Assembly: GCA_043228905.1 (NCBI GenBank) | Contig: JBHGNT010000001.1 | Location: 1,612,001-1,676,000 of the forward strand | Reading direction: 5' to 3' | DNA length: 64,000 nucleotides | Source of the DNA: Azolla caroliniana | Taxonomy: Eukaryota > Plantae > Polypodiophyta | Shown here: piece by piece, positions 25,966 to 37,700 of the stretch | Layout: every line of letters begins with the position of its first letter | Numbering within the stretch: position 1 is the first letter of the stretch | Notes under the pieces: generated by a model | Seen by the model: only the letters and a program-made list of their open reading frames with translations | What the model was told of the DNA's origin: nothing | Databases searched by the model: none | Program-made: the position numbers and the translations under genes

Positions 25966-28900
25966 ATGTTAGCTCGTGTGGTTCTTGCAGTGGCCTGTTC
26001 CATTGCAGCTATCAAATATGCACAGTTAAAGACCAACCATGATAAAAAAAAGGACTCCCAGGGTGGGTTTCTAATGATCTGTTGTTTTTGCGAAGATATC
26101 CTTATGTTCTTCTTTATTGCTTTTCTTGCTGATGTCAGACGTATTTTCTGTTGAATGGTGGTCTTAAACATTGCTAAATCGGACATTAGTAGGTTCCTTG
26201 TTCTTTAAGCTCGCATTATATTTTCAAAGATTCAACAACCCTGCTTTTGTTAATGGCAGAACCTCTGGGAAGAGAAGGAGGAGTTTCTCATTATGACAAG
26301 GAGATCCACACATGTGCAAATAAACATGGGTCATTGGAAAAGAAGGTTTGTTTTTCACTTTTAAATTTTTTCCCCGGATGAACCAAACGGGCAGGTATTT
26401 TGCATTTTCCTTAGGAAGGACTACATATATATATATATATATATATACACACGCACACACATAATATACGTATACAAATACATATACATGTATTTCGGCG
26501 AAGAATTGTGAATACATATACATTAACATATACATAGAGGTAGAGGTAGAGGTAGAGGTAGACATATATTTAGATGTATACATATATGTAGACGTAGATG
26601 TAGACATATGCATATATTAGAGACAGAGTTTATGGAGTTTTTTGGTTTCTAGGAGGATGCAATGAAATGTGCGAGCCTTGTCAGTCCATCCTTGAGTGAC
26701 AGAAGTTTTGAAGGGAATGATCGACTTCTACTACCAGAGTTCGATGATCTCTGTCAAGAAGTCATTGACATCTCGTTGGATTCTGATAACTCTGCTTCAG
26801 GAGGAAACTCCTGTGAAAATGGACAGAGGTTGAAGTACGATTCAGTTAGTAGTGGTGAGTCTAAGTATGACTCAAACTCAGATGATGATGACGGGTTGCA
26901 GGCCTTCGAAGCTCTAACGACATTCACTGACCAAGGTAACTCAAGATCAAACAGTTCTGAGGAGATTGCTGAATTGAAGTCTATTATAGAGGACTTGAGA
27001 GAGAGAGAAATGAAGCTTGAGACAGAGTTGTTGCATTACTATGGTGTAAAGGAGCAGGAGAATAACTATTTAGAGTTGGAAAGGCAACTGCTTAGAAAGA
27101 ATGCCGAATTGAAGTCTATTATAGAAAACTTCGAAGAGAGAGAAATGAAACATGAGGCAGAATTGTTGCAGCACTATGGTCTGATGGACCAAAAAATTAA
27201 CTGTATAGAGTTAGAAAGGCAACTGCTTAAAAAGAATGAAGAAATAGAGAAGCTCTGTGCTTTTCTGAATTCTTTGCAAGAACAAAAAGATGAGATAGAG
27301 AAAGAAGTTCAAGGCAAAGCGTGTATGAAGGAGGAACTTGATCTTGCTGAGGGTAAAATTAAGGATCTACAAATAAGTCAAAAATGTCTAAAGGAGGAAC
27401 TTAGTATTGCCAGGGATAAAATCAAGGAACTTCAAAAAACTTTGCAGACTGATGCCAATCAATCAACGGAACAACTTTTGTTTCTAAAGCAGCAGATATC
27501 TGAGCTTCAAAAGAGAGAACAGGAGGCTGCTAAGAAGTGCTTAGAGATGGAGAGAAAATTGCAGAAATTGAATGAGTTTGAATCTGAAACAAGAAGATTG
27601 AGCAAGGAGTGCAACGATCTTAAGCATCAGGAACACGAACTAAAAGTAAAACTTGATGAAGCAGAGGCTAAGATTGTTGAGCTTTCCAGTGTGACAGAGG
27701 TATAATTTTACTCAAGTAATTTTCTTGTATTATCTGTTTTGTTAGGGATATAACAGCCCTATTTGCATGATAGCAGACTGATATAATGGCAAAGGTGGAG
27801 ATGCAAACCTCAACACTCACGCAAGAAAATGAAGAACTACGGAAACAAGTAGAAGACCTTCAGATGAGCAGGTTAATTGATGTTGAAGAACTTGTAGACT
27901 TGAGATGGGTTCATGTTTGTTTAAAAAATGAGGTACAGCATTATAAGGTTATAATTCAGAAGGCAATGGACCTTGCTTTGGTGAAAAATCTTAGTCCAAA
28001 ATCAAAACAGAAAGCAATACAACTTATGCTTGAACATGGAGAGCTTGAGAATGTAAACTCAAAGGCCATGGAACAAGATTTTGAGTCGATTTCATCATTG
28101 CCATCCACACCTTCAGAGCATGACCCAGATGATTCTTTTATGGATAGTAATTCAGAACGGAATTCAAGATCTAAGAAGTCGAGCTTTATTAAGAGGTTCA
28201 AGAAATGGGGAAGGAGTAAGCGTGACTCACAGTCTTCAACATCGACATCTTCAGAGCTAAAAAGCTTAGACAGTGGAATGTCAAGTCCCATTCATGGATC
28301 CTCAAAGCTGAAAGACTCGCTTCAAAGTCTTTTAATGAGGAATGCTAGTGATTATCCATCCGTTGCTATTGGAGCAAGTAATTTTCAAAGTTCCAGGAAT
28401 TCAATTTCTGACTCGAATGAGTCTCTTGGAGAGTTAGCCCCTCTAAAAAGAAGGTCAAAAGTTAGTAGTGCCAAACATTTCGGTGTAGTTCTTCCTTCAT
28501 TTGGCATTATCTCAAAGTCTGTGGTGGATACTGAAATAGAAAAGAGTCTTTTGCTTAAGCAGAGACACAATTTGGCACCAGCAAGAGTGAGATATCTGAA
28601 AGAGAACGTTGATCAGGGTAGAATTGTGAAGCTTAGGGAAATGCTCCAACCTGTCACGGTACTATCAAAAAACATGGAGAAAAACAATTCAAAAGTGACT
28701 GATTTGCAGAAAAGGGATTGTAGGATTCCTATACCTGTGCCAAAGCCTTCTTTAAAACGTTATTCAGATAATGTTAAGAAGTCTATGGAAATCCCATTAG
28801 GCCCTGATCTAGCATCAACACTAATTCCTTCTCAAATGCCTGGGCCTCCACCAACTGCAAGTAGGCAGTTACAAGGATTGGTTGAAGGAAAAGGGGTGCA

Positions 28901-30092
28901 AAAAGCCGCAGAGCTACCAGCATCTTATCACTCACTCATGAGACCCAAAGAAAAAAATTATAGTGTTGGAGAACCTTTAGCTGCTAGTATTCATGAGATT
29001 GAAAACTCATCAGTCGCATTGCCTGTATGATTCTTTTACTCTGAGTATTTTAATATTTTTAGTGTTCATTTGTTAAGAGTTAATAAGTTTACGTGCTGGG
29101 TTCAGATTAAAACAAATGTTGATACACAAGGTGATTTTATCCAATACCTTGCGAGAGAAGTCCAAACTGCTGCCTATGATGAAATTGAGGATATGATAGC
29201 ATTTGTTTCTTGGCTTGATGAAGAATTATCCTTTCTGGTGAGGTTTTTTCTCTTTCAATCCTACAATCTGGATAAGGGCATTTAAGAGCAACTGGATTGT
29301 TTGATCTATGTACTCTAGCAGGTTGATGATCAAGCTATCCTAAAGCATTTTGACTGGCCAGAAACCAAATCAAATTCCTTGAGAGAGGCAGCATATGAAT
29401 ATCTGAGACTGAGGAAACTAGAAGCCGAGATTAGTTCTTTTAACGATGATAGCAATCTAACATGTGACGCATCTCTAAACAAAATGCTTTTAACTCTAGA
29501 AAAGTAAGTTCCCATTGTCAAGTTAGAAGATTGATAACTTGTGGCGTATTGATCTCAGTTCAAGTTTTTTGGCTTTCAGAGTGGAGCACTGTGTGTGTCC
29601 TCTTTTAAGGATCCGTGACACGGCTATATCCCAATATAATGATTTATCTATTCCAACCCAGTGGATGCTTGATTCTGGTTTGGTTGGCAAGGTATGCACA
29701 GAAATACTTGTGAGCACATACATGTTTTCTTATTATGTGCTGTCTTACAAGGACATTCCACAGATCAAAGTTGCTGCTGTGCAACTGGCTAGGAAATTCA
29801 TGAAGCGTGTGATATCTGAGCTTGACTCAGCAGCAGATGCATACACCTTGAAAGTGCCACAAAGGGAGTTTCTTTTGCTCCAAGGTGTGAGATTTGCACT
29901 TCGTGTTCATCAGGTACCCTGTTCTTCTTTTCTACTGAAAAAGGCTTGTATATTTGGCCCAAACACCAAATCTAACATTAAAATTGGTCCTTTTTTGTGC
30001 ATTAGTTCGCTGGAGGGTTTGATCCTGAGAGCATGCATGTGTTTGAGGATCTTCGGCGGCGTGTGTCTACTTCCTGTCCACATCATTCTTGA
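25966..30092 (+). CDS. CHUP1: CHUP1-like chloroplast outer-envelope actin regulator, divergent, about 1046 aa
   Basis: Exons 25966-26062, 26260-26345, 26653-27699, 27777-29024, 29106-29237, 29322-29503, 29580-29691, 29764-29913, 30006-30092. Hydrophobic N-terminus MLARVVLAVACSIAA, LLPEFDDL, long coiled coil, VEELVDLRWV, NLSPKSKQKAIQLMLE. C-terminal domain TQGDFIQYLA, FVSWLDEELSFLVDDQAILKHFDWPE, LLQGVRFALRVHQFAGGFD. Confidence 0.9.
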
Positions 30093-30593
30093 TGATGCAC
30101 AATGTTTTACTACCTTGTGTCTAAGACTCATGGACATACCTTTATCTTGGATCCTCCTCCATCTTTGTGCAAATATATATGGAGGAAATTCTTGAAAAAG
30201 CTTGTAAATGAGATGTGTAATTGTCACGATTTCTTGTGGTAGAGATTCTTGAGAAATCTTGATAATGAGATTGTAAATATCCGAGGGCATATTAATTTTA
30301 GTGGATTCATTGTTGAGGGATGCATTTGTGGGTTAAGATCATGTGTGGCATCTGAATGGCATTTACTTGCATCCTGGATACATGATGGAGGTTGGATTTT
30401 TTAGGAGAAAACAATTGATGTGGATGATTTCTCAATGTCACTATCTACAAAACAATCAATTAGTTATTGTTCAAGGTTCTGAACAAGGGTTCCACGCAAA
30501 GATTGAGTTTTGGATGGCCTTTATAGTATTGAGATCTGTGATTGAGGGTGAACCCATACTCTTTGATGGATGTTCTTCCATGAGTTTAGGTAG

Positions 30594-30854
30594 CTCAAAG
30601 CAAAATATGTGAAAATGAGTTCAAAATGCTCTTTACCACATGACAAAAATGCATGATTTTTTATCTGAAGCAAACTTTTTATAGTTATCATTTACAAAAC
30701 TCATTGTTATCAAGAATGGCACCCCTCAAAGCAAAATATGTGAAAATGAGTTCAAAATGCTCTTTACCATATGATAAAAATGATTTTGTTTTTTTCTGAA
30801 GTGAAGTTTTTATTGTAATCTTTAACAAAATCCATTGTTATTGAGAATTGCACC
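30594..30854. repeat. 131-bp diverged tandem duplication
   Basis: ctcaaagcaaaatatgtgaaaatgagttcaaaatgctctttacca at 30594 and 30725. Confidence 0.85.
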
Positions 30855-31683
30855 TAGGTAATAGCTTTGTGATTGTTGAGCAAGCACCATAGGGTTAAAT
30901 CATTGCAAGGTTTGTAGCTACTAGCACCCCTTATTGTGCGAATTTTATATAATGCCAGTTGTGCTTTAGATATTGAAGATATGGTTTGGGTAGTGGCAAA
31001 AGTGTAGATTTCATGACACATTACTAGATGTGTAGGTTGGTAGCATCAAATGTTTGAAATGATAAGATAATTTCATATTCAATTCCATGCTTGAAAGGTT
31101 TGTTTGCAACTTAAAACACACATTTCAATGAGATATGCTTCCTCTCTTCAATAACTAAGGAGACCACTAATCACACGTTCCTTACATTCCTTACAAGTCT
31201 AATGCAAATACCATTTGGATTGTTATGTCGTAGTTTTGTGTTGATAAATTTAAAGCTTTGTGCTCCTCATAATATAAGGTAGTGTTTGGCTTTAGGTAAT
31301 AGGGTGTTTGATGATGATCAGTGTATGCTAAATGGGTTATTGGTTGACAAACTCCATGGGTTGGATTACTGCAACAGGTAGCTAGGATCTATGGGCAATG
31401 CATTGCGTCCTCATAATAGGTTATGTTACCTTGTCGTTGGAAATAACCCTATTGATGATAATATTTGTAATAAATTCAACCCTACATATATGTACATACT
31501 ACTTTATTGAATGAGATCGAGAGATTGGAAGCCGTGAATAGGGAGGGGAGGGACTTTCCTTCCTTTTTTGGGTTTGAAGAAAAAGGAAAGAAAGAAACGC
31601 AAAAGCACAAAAACAAAAGCAAAACAGCTTCTTCTGTTAAAATCTTGTTAAAAATCCTCGTCCTCTGCTCAGCATTTCAATTT

Positions 31684-31685
<2 letters not shown>

Positions 31686-31714
<29 letters not shown>
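31686..31714. repeat. (GA)n microsatellite immediately upstream of the QTRT2 ATG
   Basis: GA run ends about 8 nt before ATG 31722. Confidence 0.85.
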
Positions 31715-31718
<4 letters not shown>

Positions 31719-31721
31719 CAG

Positions 31722-34700
31722 ATGAGGTTCGTGGTGCGTTGTGGGGGTGAATCGAGGGCGAGAGTGGGAACCCTGTTCCTGGGCGGCAGTAGTGGCAACG
31801 GTGCTGGCCACACTCCTCTTCCCTTTCCTTCTCAATCTCTATCTCTCGACACCCCCTGCCTCCTCCTCTCCACTCGTAAAGGCCTCCCGGAGTTCATCCC
31901 TCCTGATCACCTCCCTGACCTTCACCAGGATGCTCGTGCTATACAAGCCAGCCCCCTTCATTTGTAAGTTCAAATTCACCCACTCTTTTGTTTGGCACCA
32001 TCCTTCCATTCAGTCATATCTGTCTTCTATGTTGTGGTACTTGATCAACCATTGGCATTCATTTGTAAGCGCAATCACCTTGTGCATGCTTCATGTTTGG
32101 AACAATGCCAATGTCAGAATTTTTGAATAGCTTGTCAGAAATCTTTTGTGATGAAAACAAAATCCAGCAGTAAAGTATGTGTGTGTGTGTATTTCTTAGA
32201 ATTCTCTCTCCCCTAGGACTTTATGTTTCATTTATGTGTGTTCTATGTTCATATAACAGAGATTATGGGAAAATAGCTTGACCTTGACTGTAGCTTAGTT
32301 ATCATAAGTGTTTTTTGAGTTTGCATACTATTCAGTATAAAAGTTCTTCAAATGAGACAAAAGGAGTGAGAGGCATCCCCAACCCTGATGATCCCATGTT
32401 TCATCTCAAAATTTCTGCTTTATGAATATTGTAAAAAGTTGGCTTCGATACCATGATTATAATTCAATATACTATCAGAAATATGCAGACACCCTTTCTG
32501 TGGTGGCTACCTTGGGAGCTTTATAGGGGATAACATACAGAAAGTAATACCATAATGTATATCTAGGTTCTAAATGAAAAGTCTTCTAACCACAGTTGTC
32601 TTTTGTAGTATTGATGGACCATCACCAAAAACTCTGGCTACAGTTGGAGGTCTTCACAAGCTTATTAGTTTGCCTGATTTTGCTGTAGTGGCCATTGCAA
32701 GAGACTCCATTATTTGTTATGCAGAACCCGACACGAGCAACAAGCTAGGTGCTTCTTTCCAGACACCTTTTGGCCGCAGGCTGGTGTGCTTCCATTACAA
32801 TGTTAAATCGTCTATGATGAATCTAAAATTTTCTTTATTTGTTTCATAATGTGGTAGCTTCAACCTTGTTCTACAGGTTACTCCTGCAGACTATATGAAT
32901 ATTGTGAATGTAATGCAGCCTGACGTTTGGACTAGTCTCCCAGATGAGATTCCATGTTCAGCTTCAAGTAAACGCAATAAGCTGTCGAGTGAGAGAACAC
33001 TCTGTTGGCTTGATCAATGCTTAGCTTTGAAACAAGTATGTTTTATAGGAATACTGGAATTCTATTCCATGTATTTTGTGTGCTGCTTTGGCCATTCTCA
33101 TTTATTTTCTGTTTTTAAAAATTTCTTTTCAGAATTCATACTGCTTGTGCAGATAAAAAAACGTCATATACATATGCAAACAAAAAAACCTTGATATTGT
33201 GAAGTCATGAGTTTTCGTATTTTTTATGTTCAATTCTTGCGTCATTGAACAAATCTTTACATCAGACCAAACTCTTGATATTATTTAGGTTTGATTAATG
33301 AATCTAATTTTGGAAATATGTTAAATTCTATCGATCAAGGGTCAGGATTCAGCTTCTTTTTGTTTGTATCTCTTTTTTGTGGGTTTTTTTTATTTGTTGT
33401 GTTTTTGTTTTTGTTCAAAAGCTGTTGTTTTTTGGGCTTATTATTTTATCTTCTATAAGATTCACATGGTCTCTTTGGCTACTTTGGCCTTTTGAAGATG
33501 CTAATAAAACCTTTCGTTTTGTTTTGTTTCATTAATTTTTTTCTCAATCCTTTTTCCAGACGTATATGATCTTAAGCTTGATCAAGTAGAGCTGTCATCA
33601 ATAATTCAATATTTAACCAATGTCAGATGAAGGCTTTTAAAATCCATTTAAATCTACAATGAGTAACATTGCATGTGAAAAAGTTCAGCAGTGTTATGCC
33701 TCTCCTTGTATCAGCAGAGACTGTCATTGTGATCTCCTTTTCTGCCTATTTCCATATGACTTTCTTATTCCTTCCACCAGTCATTTATACTACAGTCAAT
33801 ACGGCAACAAAAAAAGGTAAGTGCTGGAACAAGACACTAAGATACATGGTTGTTAGGAATGGTAACCTCTGGATGCATCTAATATTAAAGTTTTGGGTTC
33901 AATTGCTGTTCAAAATGTACATTTCACTACAGATTCGAGAAATATACATTATTTATGTCGTTAGCAGAAATTGGAAGTGAAGCTAGATAGTCAGCAAATG
34001 GGAAGTAACACTAAACAAATGTGGTTTTTTATTTGCTGGACATGGATAAAATGTCATTATATTGGGCATTGTTTGGTTGGTTGAATTGAAGTTAGAAAAC
34101 TCAAGAAGAGGAAGAAGTGGTTGAATTGAGGCATGTGACTTCCGGTGTAGAGGTCAGCAGGGAATGAGGCCTTCTGCATGTCCTGAGGGCGCTTGTGTAC
34201 ATAAGAGAATCCCTAAGAGATACATTCTACATAAATAGAGTTCTCTGGCTAGAAAACTTAAAAGTGATTCGTTGTTGCCCGCGGATTGTCTCAAAGTTTG
34301 TATCCATGGAAAGTTCAGTTTTGCCTTGAGAGCGTTTGCTCCTATTGATAAGAAAGGAACATGTATATGTCTTAAAAGGTACCTAGCTGTATTTTAGAGA
34401 GCTACAAAATTAATGAATGAGTATAGACGATTTCTTAGAGTGGGTTTATATAGGAGCAGGTGCTACTTATTTTTTCCATTAACATGTTGAATAGAGGATT
34501 ATAGATTAGAGAAGCATAGCAGGTGAGTTAGGGGAGCATTTGTGATAGATAGTCAACCAAAAGCATGGATTGTAGTCAAGAAGAGCTATATAGATGGAGG
34601 AGCTGTATGCAGAGAGCTAATTGCTTGAGGAGTGAAGCTATTACATATATCTACATTTAGACACAAACATATGTATGCATGAATTCATCTATTTGCATGG

Positions 34701-37700
34701 ATATAAATGATTTTCTTTTTTGCCCTAAATATTATTTTGACTATCAAATTAAGACTTTGCACTGAGGCTAAAAACCTTCATTGAGTATAATTATTTTTTC
34801 TTTGTCTATAATATATAAGAATGTCGAAGTTTTCCATGACTTCCAGATGGAGGCTAATAGTTTGCTTGGGTCCATTGTTGGTGGGTCCTCAGTTGAAGAG
34901 AGGAAACACTCTGCAAAGGAGACTTCTAATCGTGATGTAGCAGGTAAATTTACTTTTATGCTATATTTCACATTTTAACGCCAAAATATGTGTTAAAAGT
35001 GGGTCCGATATCAAAATATTCATTATTCTGAAACATATAGATAGATTAAGTGTTTGTATATGTGAATGAAATAGTCTACTGATTTGTGAAAAAAGTAAAT
35101 TTGTTTGCACCCATGGAAAGCTTTAATGACATGGAATGAAGATAGTAATAATTATCACTCTAATTAAATAGACAGATTGATTGTTCGCGATCATGCTTGG
35201 CAGGGATGGCCATACTGATGTTACCATATGTTAATGACATTGTGTTAATCTCTTGCACCATATTCACTGATTCGTCCAATTTATCAATGCATAGGCCAAT
35301 GAGTGCAGGTGAGAATGGACATCCTGGGTTAACCTCCACATTACTTGGAGAAATAATGTTATAAGGAAAAATATCATAAAAAATGGATAAACCAAACGAT
35401 CAATCCAAAAGTGCAAGTTGGCAAAAAAAAAGCAAATCATAACTTCCTCTTCTTATATATATATGGTTTAATTGTTAGAACCATCTTTCTTTGTCATGAA
35501 TGTTACTGATGCCAACGGGAGTTAGAACCATTGTTCTGATATGCATATGTTCACAAGATCAAGGTTATTATCACATAGCAATTGGAAGCATTTTCCTTGT
35601 CCTACTACACATTCTATATTGGATCTGGCCATGACGGATATTTTGAGATGGCAGCAATTTCAACTCAATGATCAGGCACAAAATCTGGTTGTTGGCTGTT
35701 TATAATCATATTTCAGGTCATTTCATGTCAGTAAGCTAGAGTAAAAAGACACTTTTTGCTTTGTTTCTTTTTGTTACCTGCATTGATGAGTGAATGCAGG
35801 TAACAAAGTGAATTCATCCTTAAGAATTTTAAAATAACTTTTGTTCATAAGAAAACCGAACAAAGTGATGCGATTCAATTATATAATATGAACTCAAGAT
35901 TGAATTTAACCTATAATTGCTCATGCAGTCAAACTTTGGCATTGCATGTATTGAGAGTTACATCTATGTTGCTGAGGTAACAGTGCATGTAAATTTACAT
36001 AACCCCTTATTAAATCTGCCTGTACTGAACCCTGATTCTGTAAAGGCGTGCAATTTAGGAAGTCTGTGGAGAATAGAAAGCTTGTTAGTAATAACCTTTT
36101 TTTTTTTCGTGTAATAACAAATTTCTGTCTACTTTTTGAGCCCTGCCAATGTTTAGGTAGCTAGGGTCTAGATTTTGGGTTCTGTTTAAGTATTTCGTGC
36201 CTTCACAATTCCACATGTTTAAGCATAACATCATACTTTTTAATGAAAATTTGGCTAACCGAAATGGTTAATTGTTGTAGGATTTTCTCTGTGTGGGTTC
36301 GGATTAGGTGAATCTGCAGAAGAACGTGGACCACTGCTTGAAGCTATTATGGTACTGCCTTAGTTTTCAAACCCTGTACTTAGAGCTTCAATTTGTTATT
36401 CTCTAAGAATATATTTTGTGATGCAATAGTCGAACTTGCCAAATGAAAAGCTACGCCATATCAGTGGGCTTGGCATGCCAGGTATCTACTTTTATTGTTT
36501 ACAGCATTTAATATCAAATTCCAATCAAAACAGTGCTTAGTTATGTTGGAGTGTTTATTGCAGAGGAGGTGCTGCAGGCAGTGTCAGCAGGTGTAGATGT
36601 TTTCGATAGCACGTATCCTTGCATATACTTATAACAGAATATTGAAGTACTTGATGCAATCACATGTTACACATCCTTAAATTAAACAGATATCCGCATG
36701 TTCTTACCATGGGTGGCTTTGCGATGACATTCCCCACAAATATGGTGGGATTTAGTGTGAAGAGAAGTGGTAATGCTGATATTGGATCAGACACCACAAA
36801 AATCAATTTGCGTGCTCTTTGTTATAGGTACTGTTCTGGTGTTCTTGTAGTGCAGCCATCTCAATTTTGTCATATTCAAACAAATTTGCTAACGTGTCTA
36901 GGAACTTGAATGGTCCGAAGTGATCACCTTATTTTCAAGAGTGACAAGACTTGACTTTGGAATAGTGATGTCTTATACCTTGAATCCCAATGAATAAGAT
37001 CTATAATATATTACTGCCACTTATCGTAGTGCAGCCATTATAAGTCATGATTCACAGACACCTTATTCATGGCACATAATTGAAACGATTCATTTTCTTC
37101 TATAAGGTTATGAGGTGGTCCTATATATTTTCTCTGGCAAGGTAATCTCAAAGTCTAGAATATAAATAGCCATATCATCTACATTCTTATAGCCAAGCTT
37201 GGAGTATCACTTTACACAGGAAATCACAAGCCATTGCGCAGCACTTGAGGCCTAAGGAGGGGAGATTAGAAAAGATATAGTGCACAATGTTAAGCTTAGC
37301 ATAAGAGGTGCTCAAATGGAAAACCAACACAAACAAAATCACCTATCACCACCTGAAGTGGAGAAGAAAAATGAATATGTCTTTTAGCCATGTTGCTCTT
37401 CACTTGTTGTATGGAGGGTAGGTCAATTGTTATAAATTTAAGCCTACTGTAAGAGCAGAAGTAGAATGCATTTGGCCTTTAGACATGTGGTGTCTTCATT
37501 TGTGGGTGGAGGCCAGGTCTGTTATGATATTTTGGGGTGCTAACTGGTCATAATGCAACGTCACACTTCGTCACCTTTGTGGTTTTACTTGGGTATCATG
37601 CATAAATAGGAATTTTACAGGATGTCAAATGGATTCTCCGTGGGCATCGATATTTCCACAGGATGTCAAATGGGCTCTATTTTTAGAATTTCCAGAGGAA

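Noticed and set aside
26224-26613. 129-aa minus-strand ORF
   Set aside because: Translation of (TA)n and (GTAGAG)n low-complexity intron sequence plus the antisense of CHUP1 exon 2.
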